Origin: Xanthomonas campestris pv. campestris str. ATCC 33913
GTDB taxonomy: Bacteria; Pseudomonadota; Gammaproteobacteria; Xanthomonadales; Xanthomonadaceae
NCBI RefSeq assembly: GCF_000007145.1
Contig: NC_003902.1
Span: 787,436 to 819,435 of the forward strand
Direction: 5' to 3'
DNA: 32,000 bases
In this document: in pieces, positions 1 to 9,676 of the stretch
Layout: every line of letters begins with the position of its first letter
Numbering within the stretch: the stretch's first letter is position 1
Position numbers and translations under genes: made by a program
Notes under the pieces: model-generated
Databases searched by the model: none
Told to the model about the DNA's origin: nothing
The model's input: the letters and a program-made list of their open reading frames with translations, nothing else

Positions 1-963
1 GTGTTGGCCGAATGGCGCTGGGAAGCGCTGTTCGATGCCTGGTGGTCGGTGACGCACGCCATGCAGAAGTTGCGCGACAACCCGGACAGTGCCGACGAAG
101 AACGCGCGGTGGCGCGCAACTTCCAGGCGCCGGGGTTGCGCCCGAAGCTGGTGTTCGACCCGTCCGAGGATGTGGCCGCGCCATTCGTGGCGACCGGTGC
201 ACGGCCGAAGGTGGCGATCCTGCGCGAGCAGGGCGTCAACGGCCAGATCGAGATGGCCTACAACTTCGAGCGTGCCGGGTTCCGTGCGTTCGACGTGCAC
301 ATGAGCGACCTGATCGAAGGCCGCGTGGACCTGGCGCAGTTTGCAGGATTTGCGGCTTGCGGCGGCTTCAGCTACGGCGATGTGCTGGGCGCCGGCCGCG
401 GTTGGGCCACCTCGATCCTGGAGCGTGCGGCACTGCGCGATGCGTTTGCCGCATTCTTTGCGCGCAGCGATACCTTTGCGCTGGGCGTGTGCAACGGTTG
501 CCAGATGCTGAGCCAGCTCAAGGACATCATTCCCGGTGCCGAGCACTGGCCGCGCTTCCTGCGCAACCGCAGCGAGCAGTTCGAAGCACGCACGGCGCTG
601 CTGGAAGTGGTGGAGTCGCCGTCGATCCTGCTGCGGGGCATGGCCGGCTCGCGCATTCCGGTGGCAGTGGCGCATGGCGAAGGCCGCGCCGAATTCGACA
701 CGGCGGTGGATCAGGCCGCGGCGCGCGTGGCACTGCGCTTCATCGACGGTGACGGCGCGGTGGCTAGTCAGTACCCGCTCAATCCGAACGGGTCGCCCGA
801 CGGCATCACCGGCCTGACCAGCACCGATGGGCGCGCCACCATCTTGATGCCGCATCCGGAGCGCACGCCGCGCTCGGTCAATCTGAGCTGGCATCCGGCG
901 GGCTGGGGCGAGGACTCGCCGTGGCTGCGCATGTTCCGCAATGCGCGGGTGTGGTGTGGTTGA
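1..963 (+). CDS. purL: Phosphoribosylformylglycinamidine (FGAM) synthase, C-terminal glutamine amidotransferase domain; the 5' end lies outside the window
   Basis: The frame is open from the window edge to TGA at 961-963. The translation carries large-PurL GATase hallmarks: [25 protein letters not shown], the nucleophile context [12 protein letters not shown], and ILMPHPER near the C-terminus. Confidence 0.9.
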   Translation: MLAEWRWEALFDAWWSVTHAMQKLRDNPDSADEERAVARNFQAPGLRPKLVFDPSEDVAAPFVATGARPKVAILREQGVNGQIEMAYNFERAGFRAFDVHMSDLIEGRVDLAQFAGFAACGGFSYGDVLGAGRGWATSILERAALRDAFAAFFARSDTFALGVCNGCQMLSQLKDIIPGAEHWPRFLRNRSEQFEARTALLEVVESPSILLRGMAGSRIPVAVAHGEGRAEFDTAVDQAAARVALRFIDGDGAVASQYPLNPNGSPDGITGLTSTDGRATILMPHPERTPRSVNLSWHPAGWGEDSPWLRMFRNARVWCG

Positions 964-1009
964 GTGATGTGACGCGGCATCGGGTGATGCCGCGTTGAGA
1001 GCGTCAACG

Positions 1010-1048
1010 AACGGCCGTGTGCAGCAATGCACACGGCCGTTGTTGTTT
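1010..1048 (+). terminator. Rho-independent terminator downstream of purL
   Basis: Perfect 13-bp stem AACGGCCGTGTGC (1010-1022) / GCACACGGCCGTT (1029-1041) with a 6-nt loop, followed by GTTGTTTGG. Confidence 0.6.
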
Positions 1049-1753
1049 GGGTGATCGGATCGCACGAAAGCTGCGCGCCCGTCGCTGCAATGCGCGCTGA
1101 TGCCGCCGCAGTTGGCGAGCATCGGCTGTGGGGGGGCGGGGCGCGTACCGCCGAGCTGGCGGGCACCGATTGGACGCGGACGCTACGCCAACATCCACGG
1201 GAGAGGAGGCTCTCCCAGCGTGGCATCGCAATGTTGTTGGCCCGAATCAGGCTCACATGGATGCAGCGGTGCTGGATGAGCGGCGCCTACCAAGGATTGG
1301 GTGCGATTTGGCTGCTGCACGTCAGCTGCGCAGATGCAGGGGGGGGCTGAGTCAGTGCCCTGCACCTGCTCAATCCAGCGTGGCCGGTGGTCGCGTGTCT
1401 GCATCGCATGTTTCTAGAATCTAAAGAAATACCTGATTTTCTATTAACTTAAATGCTGATTGGTATTTATCAAAAAATAATATATTTGCATGCGTGAAGT
1501 TAATCTCATCCGGATCTTGCTTTCAAATGGATTCTGTCGGCGTTGCGAGTTATAAAATTTCTGCCATATTTTTTCGGCATATCTATCTTTTTGCTGCTTT
1601 GCGCTGTCTATTCCGTCGACAAAAGGTGGGCGATTGCGTTTCACTAAACCCTAAGGGCGGCTTGAGCTCACGGGCGTGGTGATTGTTTTCTTCATGCCGG
1701 ACCAATCGCAGTCAGGCCTCAATGAAGCAAACTGAGTTGAATGACGGTCGTGA

Positions 1754-1930
1754 GCGGCGCGTTTATGGCGGAATGGGTCGCATGCCTGCACGTTGAAAAT
1801 ACGCGGGCGATCGGCACCGTTGCTCGGCACCAGCCAGACCGTGCGCCTCAGCGCGCCGCGTGCCGGCACCTACATCGTCAAACTCGATGGCGCCAGCTTC
1901 GACGGGGTCAGCCTGCTCGCGCGTCAGTGA
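1754..1930 (+). pseudogene. 3'-terminal remnant of a protease gene (pre-peptidase C-terminal/PPC domain), paralogous to the intact S8 protease at 9677-11557
   Basis: The frame ending at TGA 1928-1930 reads ...GTSQTVRLSAPRAGTYIVKLDGASFDGVSLLARQ*. This aligns by eye with the C-terminus of the intact protease, GNSETVRFTAPKAGTYYIKLVGAGDYAKLTLVARQ* (about 19 of 34 positions identical, same ARQ-stop ending). Three in-frame stops lie immediately upstream (1733, 1742, 1751) and no catalytic domain is present. Confidence 0.45.
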
Positions 1931-2078
1931 TCCGACACGCCGTGCTGCGCAACGCGCACGGCGACGATTTGTTGGCGCCCGCGACGCATCCGGGCCCGGC
2001 TGATTCCGGCAGCGGCCAACGCGGGGAGCGTTGGCCGCCGGCCTGACCGGTTTCCTGCCCATTTTTTGCGCAACCAAG

Positions 2079-2108
2079 CCTGCTGGCGTCCTGCCAGCGG
2101 GTTTTTTT
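2079..2108 (+). terminator. Strong Rho-independent terminator with no intact gene upstream (probably belonged to the decayed protease gene)
   Basis: Stem CCTGCTGGC (2079-2087) / GCCAGCGGG (2093-2101) with one G-U pair and a 5-nt loop, followed by seven T (2102-2108). Confidence 0.6.
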
Positions 2109-2211
2109 GTCTTGCCCGGACACGCCTATTCAGCGTGGCGGCGTGCGGCATGGCGTGACCTAGGTGGCTGTTTTCCAAAGATTTATCGAAAAACTAATAA
2201 AACCAGCCTGA

Positions 2212-2231
2212 AGCGTGACGTCTATCACGCT
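2212..2231. promoter_or_regulatory. CRP/Clp-like palindrome upstream of xadA
   Basis: AGCGTGA-CGTCTA-TCACGCT is a perfect 7-bp inverted repeat with a 6-bp spacer. Its core GTGA-N6-TCAC matches the CRP-family TGTGA-N6-TCACA half-site geometry. It lies about 24 bp upstream of a possible -35/-10 pair (TTGACG 2255-2260, 17-nt spacer, TAACAC 2278-2283). Confidence 0.3.
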
Positions 2232-2462
2232 TATGCACGTGGCGTGTCAAAAACTTGACGCCCGATTTGAGCGCTGTTAACACTTCGCCCAGTTCTATGG
2301 TTGGGTAGCGTTCATTTTTTGACTATCCCAAGGTGCGGGGAATTCCGCGCACCGCCACCCGGCCCATGGCGCCAGTAACCACAGGGGGATCGCATTGGCT
2401 GGAAGGCTTCTGCGGTGGTGGGGAATCGCTAAAAACCAGTCCACTTCAGGAGCAGGACGTCG

Positions 2463-5400
2463 ATGAATCGGATTTATCGCAAGGTCTGGAACAAATCGTT
2501 GGGTGTGTGGGCCGTGGCATCGGAATTGGCCAGCGGCGACAGCCCGGGAAGCGTGGCATCGGCCGCGCTGATTGACCGCCGTCAGGGACTCTCCCTGGCC
2601 GCCGCGATCGCCCTGGCGCTGGGTAGCGCCGGCATCGCCATTCCCCTTTCCGCCAGTGCGCAGTCGGTTGAAGTTGGCCGCGGCGCGTCGGCACCTGCCG
2701 CCCATGCCACCGCGATCGGTGCAGGCAGCAACGCCAGCGCCACCGGCGCGGTGGCCACCGGCGCCGATAGCAGCGCCAGTGGCGTCAACAGCAGCGCGAT
2801 CGGCCGCCAGACCAACGCCATCGGCGAAAACGCAGTGGCCATTGGCTACAACAGTTTCGTGCGCCAGGCCGGCGAAAACGGGGTGGCACTCGGCGCCAAT
2901 GCCGGCGTGACCGGCGCCAATTCGGTGGCGCTGGGCGCCGGTTCGCGCACCCACGAAGACGACGTGGTGTCGGTCGGTAGCGGCAATGGCCGCGGCGGCC
3001 CGGCCACGCGCCGCATCACCAACGTGTCCGCCGGTGTCAACGCCAACGACGCGGTCAACGTGGCGCAGCTGCAGGCCGTGTCCGAGGTGGCCGAAGACAC
3101 CGCCACGTTCTTCAAGGCACAGCCGGGCGACGACAGCATCGGCGCATATGCCGATGGTGCTGGTGCGGTGGCTGCCGGCGATGCCGCCAACGCCTTCGGC
3201 AGCGGCGCGCTCGCCGTGGGCAGCGGCGCCAATGCACTGGCCGACAATGCCACCGCCATGGGTGCGAACGCGCTTGCGGTGGGGCAGAACAGCGCCGCAT
3301 TCGGCTACAACGCGCAGGCCAACGGGCCGGGCAGCGTGGCGGTGGGCGGAGCCGCCGTGGACGAAGACGGCAACCCGCTGATCACCAATGGCGGTGTGCC
3401 GGTTGACACCGGTGCCACCAGCGCCGGCGTGGGCGGCACCGCGGTGGGCGCCAGCGCCAGCGCGGATGGTTTCGCCGCCTCGTCGTATGGCGTGGGCGCT
3501 TACGCGGCCGGCGCGCAGTCGTCGGCATTCGGCGTGGTGTCCAACGCCACCGGCGACTACTCCACGGCCGTGGGCACGCAGACCAGCGCCAGCGGCACCA
3601 GCAGCACCGCCGTCGGCGGCCCGGTGGATCTGATTCCGGGGCTAGGGTTCTTCGTGCAGACCCAGGCCAGTGGCGAAGCCGCCAGCGCGCTTGGCGCCGG
3701 CGCAATTGCCTCGGGCACCTACACCACGGCGGTCGGCACGCTCAGCGAAGCCTCGGGCACTGAAGCCACTGCAGTGGGTTACTTCGCTTACGCACCGGGC
3801 GAAGGCGCCACCGCGGTGGGCCCGGAGTCGTGGGCCAGCGGTGAACTCAGCACCGCGCTCGGGTATTACAGCACCGCACGCGGCGCGAACTCGGTGGCCT
3901 TGGGCGCCAACTCGGTGGCCACGCGCGCCGATACGGTGTCAGTGGGCGCAGCCGGTGCGGAGCGCCAGATCACCAGCGTCGCCGCCGGCACCGAAGGCAC
4001 CGATGCGGTGAATCTCAACCAGCTCACCGCGGTGTCCGACGTTGCATCCGCCACTGCGCGTTCGTTTGTCGCCACCGGCGACGGCGCTGCGATTGCAGAA
4101 GGCGTCGACAGCGTTGCGGCAGGTTCCAACGCTGCAGCGTTCAACGATTACAGCACCGCGCTGGGTTCCAGCAGCGTGGCATCGGCGCAGGGCGCAACCG
4201 CAGTTGGCAGTGGCGCCAATGCCACCACCGATAACGCCACGGCAGTCGGTTTCAACAGCACCGCAGTCGCGGAAAACACCACCGCGCTCGGCGGCAACAG
4301 CAGTGCCTCGGGTGATGGCAGCACCGCCGTGGGCGGTGCAACCCGGGCCACCGCCAGCGGCGCGACTGCGCTCGGTTACGAGAGCATCGCCAATGGCGCG
4401 GACTCCACTGCACTGGGCGTGGGTAGCGTGGCGTTCGGCGGCACCAGCACCGCTGTGGGTGGTGCAAGCGTGGCGTTCGGTACCGACAGCGCTGCTTTCG
4501 GTGCCAATGCCGCTGCAGGTGGCACTGCATCCACCGCGATCGGCGCAAACAGCAATGCCTTCGGCGAGCGCACCGTTGCACTGGGCGGTGCCAGCAATGC
4601 ATCGGGCGACGAGAGCATTGCGCTCGGCGTGAGCAGCCTGGCCTCTGCGCTGGGCACCACGGCGGTCGGCAGCAACGCCAATGCCAGCATTGCCAATGCC
4701 ACTGCGGTCGGTTTCAACAGCAGTGCCGGCGACGACTATGCCACCGCACTCGGCGGCGACAGCAACGCATCCGGCTATTTCAGCACCGCCGTGGGCGGCA
4801 CCAGCATCGCCAATGGGCGTGGTGCAACGGCGATCGGTTACGAAAGCATCGGCAATGGAGCGGCATCGACCGCGCTGGGTTTTGCCAGTGTGGCGTGGGG
4901 TGAGGGTGGTACCGCCATCGGCACCGAAAGCGTGGCCTACGGTGACGACAGCACCGCGCTGGGCGCGAATGCGTATGCAGCCGACACTGGCTCGATTGCC
5001 GTTGGCACCTACGCAAACGCGTACGGCCCACGTGCGATTTCGCTCGGTGGCCAATCCAATGCGGCTGGCGATGAGAGTATCGCGCTGGGCTGGGAAGCGC
5101 AGGCTGAAGGCGACCAGGGCATTGCGCTGGGCGCGGGCAGCCAAGCCGATGCGTACTCCACGGCCATCGGCGGCTACGCCACCGCCAGTGGCGCCTCTGC
5201 CACGGCAGTGGGGAACAACAGCCGTGCCGTTGATGGCTACGCCACCGCGCTGGGTAGCGACAGCATGGCATCGGGAAATTTCAGCACGACCGTGGGCGGC
5301 GCCAGCGTCGCCAGTGGGCGCGGAGCAACGGCGATCGGTGCTGAAAGTGTGGCGCGAATGGATCGCGACACCGCGATCGGCACCGAAAGTGTGGCCGATG

Positions 5401-8400
5401 GTGGCGACAGCACGGCGTTGGGCGCAAATGCGCGGGCAAGCTATGATTCGTCAGTGGCGCTGGGCGCCAATGCGAACTCAAGCAACTACTATTCGGTCGC
5501 CCTTGGCACTTACGCCGTTGCGACGGGTGGAAGCGCCACGTCGATTGGCGGCCAGTCCTATGCGCCTGGTAACGAGAGCGTCGCCTTGGGCTGGCAATCC
5601 AACGCCTCGGGCACGCGGAGCGTCAGCCTCGGCAGCGGTGCGTATACGCCTGCCGACGACGGCGTTGCGTTGGGTGCAGGTTCGATCGCCGATCGCGACA
5701 ACACGGTGTCGGTAGGCAGCGTGGGGAGCGAACGGCAGATCACCAACGTGGCCGCCGGTACCGAAGGCACCGATGCGGTGAACCTGGACCAGCTCAACGC
5801 CGTGGCCGGCACTGCCGAGACCACCGCGCGTCTGTATGCGGGCACCGGTGACGGCACCGCGTTCGCACAGGGCGAAGACGCCACGGCTGCCGGCTCCAAT
5901 GCCACCGCTGATGCCGACTACAGCAGCGCATTCGGCGCCAGCAGCCAGGCAACTGCGATAGGCGCGGTCGCCATCGGCAGCGGTGCCAGCGCCACGGCGC
6001 AGTACGCCAATGCGTCCGGCTATAACGCCGCCGCCAGCGGCTACGGCAGCGTGTCGACCGGCGCTTTCAGCCAGGCCAGCGGTGATTACGGCGTGGCCCT
6101 GGGCGGCGAAAGCGAAGCTTCCGGTGCGCAGAGCACGGCAGTGGGCGCAGCGGCAGGGGCGTCCGGTGATGGTGCATTTGCCGGTGGTGCGCTGAGCGTG
6201 GCCGAAGGCACCGAAAGCACTGCACTGGGCTATTTCGCCAGTGCCACGGGCGAGTCCGCCACGGCGGTCGGTGCAGAGAGCGTGGCCGATGGCACCAGCG
6301 CGGCCGCATTCGGCTTTGGCGCCGAAGCCACCTCCAACTACTCCACCGCGTTGGGTGGCTATTCCACCGCCAGCGGTTTCAACAGCACCGCGCTGGGTAA
6401 CTTCAGCACCGCCAGCGGCTCCAGCAGCGTGGCCGTCGGTGGCGATGCCACTGCCTCCGGTGCGTACAGCATCGCAGCCGGCCAGGCCAGCGTTGCCAGC
6501 GGCTACAACAGCGTGGCGGTGGGTGGCGCCTTGCTCGGCCTGTTGCCGACCGAGGCCTCCGGCGACTTCTCCACCGCGCTGGGCGGCGCGGCGTGGGCTC
6601 CGGGCTTGAACAGCACCGCGCTTGGTAACTTCGCCGAATCCACCGGCGAAAGCAGCGTGGCACTGGGTGCCGATTCGGTCGCCGATCGCGACTTTGCGGT
6701 GTCGGTGGGCAGTGCCGGCAACGAGCGCCAGATCACCAATGTCGCGGCCGGTACGCAAGGCACCGATGCGGTGAATCTGGACCAACTTACCGCGGTGGCC
6801 GAAACCGCGCAGGGCACCAGCAAGTACTTCAAGGCCAGCGGCAGCGACGACAGCGACGCCGGTGCCTACATCGAAGGCGACAACGCGCTGGCCGCCGGCG
6901 AAGGTGCCAATGCCAGCAGCGATAACAGCACCGCCGTGGGTGCAGGTGCGCAGGCGGTTGCCGAGAACGCAACCGCAGTCGGCATGGATGCGCTGGCCAG
7001 CGGCATCGGCGCCGCAGCGTTGGGTAACAACGCCCAGGCATTGGGCGAAAACAGCAGCGCGGTGGGCAGCAACGCGCTGGCCAGCGATATCGGTGCCACC
7101 GCCAACGGTGCCGGCGCGCAGGCCATTTCGACCTACGCCACCGCACTGGGTAGCGAAGCAGTGGCCTCGGACAACCAGGCCACGGCGGTCGGCTTCCGCA
7201 GCGCTGCGTCCAACGTGGGCAGTGCCGCCTTCGGTGGCTACAGCGAATCCAGCGGCCGCCTGTCGTCGGCACTGGGCTACGGCGCAGTGGCGTCCAGCGA
7301 CTACAGCACCGCAGTGGGTGCCGCGTCGCTGGCCTCCGGCGCCAGCGCGGTGGCCGTGGGTGAATTCAGCGAAGCCACCGGCGATGAAAGCGTGGCGGTG
7401 GGCGGCAGCACGTTCTTCGGTTTCATCCCGGCACGTGCGTCGGGCACCGGTGCAGCGGCCTTCGGTGGCGGTGCATGGGCCACGGCCGATTACACCACCG
7501 CGATCGGCTGGAATTCCTATGCCGACGGCGTCAACGCCAGTGCATTGGGCCAGAGCGCCGCCGCATTGGCCGATAACGCGCTGGCGATCGGCGGCAACAG
7601 CCGCGCCGATGCGATTGGTGCAAGCGTGGTCGGCGTGGATGCGTCGGCCACCGGCATCAACAGCACCGGCGTCGGCCGCCAGGTCAACGTAATCGGCGAA
7701 AACGCGGTCTCGGTGGGCTACAACTCGTTCGTGCGCGAGAGCGCGGTCAACGGTGTTGCGCTCGGTGCCAATGCCGGTGCCACCGGCGCCGATTCGGTGG
7801 CATTGGGCTCCGGCTCGCGCACTTACGAAGCCAACACGGTGTCGGTCGGTAGCGGCAATGGCCGCGGCGGCCCGGCAACGCGTCGCATCGTCAATGTCAG
7901 CGACGGCGAAGTCGCCACCGATGCGGTCAACAAGGGCCAGCTGGATGCATTGGCGGCCGATGTGCAGACCACCAGCGGCATGGTGCAGACCACCGGCGAG
8001 GGCGTGGCCCGTGCAACGGGCGATCGCGCCACCGCCGCCGGTGCCGGTGCCACCGCCAGCGGTGCACGCAGCGTGGCGGTAGCCGCAGGCAGCACTGCCT
8101 CGGCCACCGGCGCCAGCGCGATGGGTGTGGACAGTAGCGCCAGCGGCGTGAACAGCACGGCGATGGGGCGGCAGACCAACTCCATTGGCGAGAACGGCGT
8201 TGCGCTGGGTTACAACTCCTTTGTGCGCCAGAGCGGCGCCAACGCCGTCGCCCTCGGTGCCAATGCGGGTGCCAGCGGCGCCGACTCGGTGGCGCTGGGT
8301 TCCGGTTCGCGCACCTATGAAGCCAACGTGGTGTCGGTGGGCAGCGGCAACGGCCGCGGTGGCCCGGCGACGCGTCGCATCGTCAATGTGGGTGCCGGCG

Positions 8401-9518
8401 CGATTGCCGATGCCAGCACCGATGCGATCAACGGCGGCCAGTTCTTCCAGTCGCTCAGCAATACCGCCAGCTTCCTCGGCGGTGGTGCGGCGATCGGCGC
8501 GCAAGGTGTGTTCGTTGCGCCGACCTACGTCATCCAGGGTGCCAGCTACAACAACGTCGGTGCCGCATTGACCGCGTTGGACAGCAAGGTCACCGAGCTG
8601 GATGCACGTGGCGGCACCGCAACGGCTACCGCTGCACGCACGGTTTCGCTGCGCACTGCAGCGGTTCCGGCGGTGGCTGCATCCGCGACGGTCGCGAGCA
8701 GCGATGTCACTGACAGCAGCGCAAGCGTGCAGGGCACGCCGACCGCTGCGGTCGTTGGCACGGCCACGCCGGCGGCGACCTCGACGGCGGTTGGCAACGC
8801 CGCTGTGGCCAACCACATCACCGGCACCGCGATTGGTGGCAGCGCGTATGCGCATGGCCCCAACGACACCGCGATTGGCAGCAATGCACGCGTCAATGCC
8901 GATGGCAGCACCGCGGTGGGTGCCAACACGCAGATTGCTGCGGTGGCGACCAATGCGGTTGCGATGGGCGAAGGCGCGCAGGTGAGTGCGGCCTCGGGCA
9001 CGGCGATCGGGCAGGGTGCCCGCGCCAGTGCACAGGGTGCGGTGGCACTCGGCCAGGGCTCGGTTGCCGACCGCGCCAACACGGTCTCGGTGGGCAGCGT
9101 GGGCGGTGAGCGTCAGGTGGCCAATGTGGCCGCCGGTACGCGCGCCACCGATGCGGTCAACAAGGGCCAGTTGGACAGCGGCGTCGCCGCAGCCAACAGC
9201 TACACCGACAGCCGCTACAGCGCGATGGCCGACAGCTTCGAAACCTACCAGGGCGATATCGAAGACCGCCTGCGCCGGCAGAACCGTCGGCTCGATCGTC
9301 AAGGTGCGATGGGCTCGGCGATGTTGAACATGTCCGCCAGCGTGGCCGGTATTGCCTCGCAAAACCGCATCGGTGCCGGTGTCGGTTTCCAGAACGGCGA
9401 GTCGGCGTTGTCGGTGGGTTACCAGCGGGCGATCAGCCCACGCGCCACGGTGACCATCGGTGGCGCATTGAGCGGCGACGACAGCTCGATCGGCGTAGGT
9501 GCCGGTTTCGGTTGGTAA
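2463..9518 (+). CDS. xadA: Trimeric autotransporter adhesin (YadA/XadA family), 2351 aa
   Basis: AGGAG sits about 12 nt upstream of ATG 2463. The protein has an extended signal peptide region (MNRIYRKVWNKSLGVWAVASELASG) and kilobases of Ala/Gly/Ser-rich YadA-head repeats. It has seven neck-type motifs: 4x VSVGSxGxERQ(I/V)xxVAAGTxxTDAVNxxQL and 3x VSVGSGNGRGGPATRRIxNV. The C-terminal YadA-type membrane anchor ends ...IGVGAGFGW. Confidence 0.93.
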   Translation: MNRIYRKVWNKSLGVWAVASELASGDSPGSVASAALIDRRQGLSLAAAIALALGSAGIAIPLSASAQSVEVGRGASAPAAHATAIGAGSNASATGAVATGADSSASGVNSSAIGRQTNAIGENAVAIGYNSFVRQAGENGVALGANAGVTGANSVALGAGSRTHEDDVVSVGSGNGRGGPATRRITNVSAGVNANDAVNVAQLQAVSEVAEDTATFFKAQPGDDSIGAYADGAGAVAAGDAANAFGSGALAVGSGANALADNATAMGANALAVGQNSAAFGYNAQANGPGSVAVGGAAVDEDGNPLITNGGVPVDTGATSAGVGGTAVGASASADGFAASSYGVGAYAAGAQSSAFGVVSNATGDYSTAVGTQTSASGTSSTAVGGPVDLIPGLGFFVQTQASGEAASALGAGAIASGTYTTAVGTLSEASGTEATAVGYFAYAPGEGATAVGPESWASGELSTALGYYSTARGANSVALGANSVATRADTVSVGAAGAERQITSVAAGTEGTDAVNLNQLTAVSDVASATARSFVATGDGAAIAEGVDSVAAGSNAAAFNDYSTALGSSSVASAQGATAVGSGANATTDNATAVGFNSTAVAENTTALGGNSSASGDGSTAVGGATRATASGATALGYESIANGADSTALGVGSVAFGGTSTAVGGASVAFGTDSAAFGANAAAGGTASTAIGANSNAFGERTVALGGASNASGDESIALGVSSLASALGTTAVGSNANASIANATAVGFNSSAGDDYATALGGDSNASGYFSTAVGGTSIANGRGATAIGYESIGNGAASTALGFASVAWGEGGTAIGTESVAYGDDSTALGANAYAADTGSIAVGTYANAYGPRAISLGGQSNAAGDESIALGWEAQAEGDQGIALGAGSQADAYSTAIGGYATASGASATAVGNNSRAVDGYATALGSDSMASGNFSTTVGGASVASGRGATAIGAESVARMDRDTAIGTESVADGGDSTALGANARASYDSSVALGANANSSNYYSVALGTYAVATGGSATSIGGQSYAPGNESVALGWQSNASGTRSVSLGSGAYTPADDGVALGAGSIADRDNTVSVGSVGSERQITNVAAGTEGTDAVNLDQLNAVAGTAETTARLYAGTGDGTAFAQGEDATAAGSNATADADYSSAFGASSQATAIGAVAIGSGASATAQYANASGYNAAASGYGSVSTGAFSQASGDYGVALGGESEASGAQSTAVGAAAGASGDGAFAGGALSVAEGTESTALGYFASATGESATAVGAESVADGTSAAAFGFGAEATSNYSTALGGYSTASGFNSTALGNFSTASGSSSVAVGGDATASGAYSIAAGQASVASGYNSVAVGGALLGLLPTEASGDFSTALGGAAWAPGLNSTALGNFAESTGESSVALGADSVADRDFAVSVGSAGNERQITNVAAGTQGTDAVNLDQLTAVAETAQGTSKYFKASGSDDSDAGAYIEGDNALAAGEGANASSDNSTAVGAGAQAVAENATAVGMDALASGIGAAALGNNAQALGENSSAVGSNALASDIGATANGAGAQAISTYATALGSEAVASDNQATAVGFRSAASNVGSAAFGGYSESSGRLSSALGYGAVASSDYSTAVGAASLASGASAVAVGEFSEATGDESVAVGGSTFFGFIPARASGTGAAAFGGGAWATADYTTAIGWNSYADGVNASALGQSAAALADNALAIGGNSRADAIGASVVGVDASATGINSTGVGRQVNVIGENAVSVGYNSFVRESAVNGVALGANAGATGADSVALGSGSRTYEANTVSVGSGNGRGGPATRRIVNVSDGEVATDAVNKGQLDALAADVQTTSGMVQTTGEGVARATGDRATAAGAGATASGARSVAVAAGSTASATGASAMGVDSSASGVNSTAMGRQTNSIGENGVALGYNSFVRQSGANAVALGANAGASGADSVALGSGSRTYEANVVSVGSGNGRGGPATRRIVNVGAGAIADASTDAINGGQFFQSLSNTASFLGGGAAIGAQGVFVAPTYVIQGASYNNVGAALTALDSKVTELDARGGTATATAARTVSLRTAAVPAVAASATVASSDVTDSSASVQGTPTAAVVGTATPAATSTAVGNAAVANHITGTAIGGSAYAHGPNDTAIGSNARVNADGSTAVGANTQIAAVATNAVAMGEGAQVSAASGTAIGQGARASAQGAVALGQGSVADRANTVSVGSVGGERQVANVAAGTRATDAVNKGQLDSGVAAANSYTDSRYSAMADSFETYQGDIEDRLRRQNRRLDRQGAMGSAMLNMSASVAGIASQNRIGAGVGFQNGESALSVGYQRAISPRATVTIGGALSGDDSSIGVGAGFGW

Positions 9519-9534
9519 CGCACGGTTGAAAACA

Positions 9535-9560
9535 GCGACGGCGCCGTCGTGCGCCGTCGC
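9535..9560 (+). terminator. GC-rich stem-loop after xadA (terminator-like, no U tract)
   Basis: GCGACGGCGC (9535-9544) / GCGCCGTCGC (9551-9560) form a perfect 10-bp stem with a 6-nt loop, 17 nt after the xadA stop. Confidence 0.35.
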
Positions 9561-9676
9561 GACAGAGCAAGGCCTGAGGGGGCGGGCGAGGACCGTGGCT
9601 TGGCCGGCCAACGGATTCGCAGGGAGTGATGGCCGTACTGACGCCTGATCCACGAAAAACTGAAGAGGACTTCACC

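Noticed and set aside
1444..1644. A 66-codon minus-strand ORF (GTG start) inside the AT-rich island, and the overlapping 62-codon plus ORF at 1494-1682.
   Set aside because: Neither has a convincing ribosome-binding site or any recognisable motif, and they overlap each other. The composition suggests non-coding or decayed DNA. They are kept only as context in a finding.
5478..9653. A 1391-aa ORF on the minus strand, antisense to xadA, with a 401-aa companion at 3939-5144.
   Set aside because: The translation is a monotonous Ala/Gly/Arg/Thr string with no recognisable domain. It is the mirror of GCC/GGC/ACC/AGC-rich adhesin codons, which rarely produce stops on the opposite strand. The plus-strand frame has clear ESPR, neck and anchor motifs.
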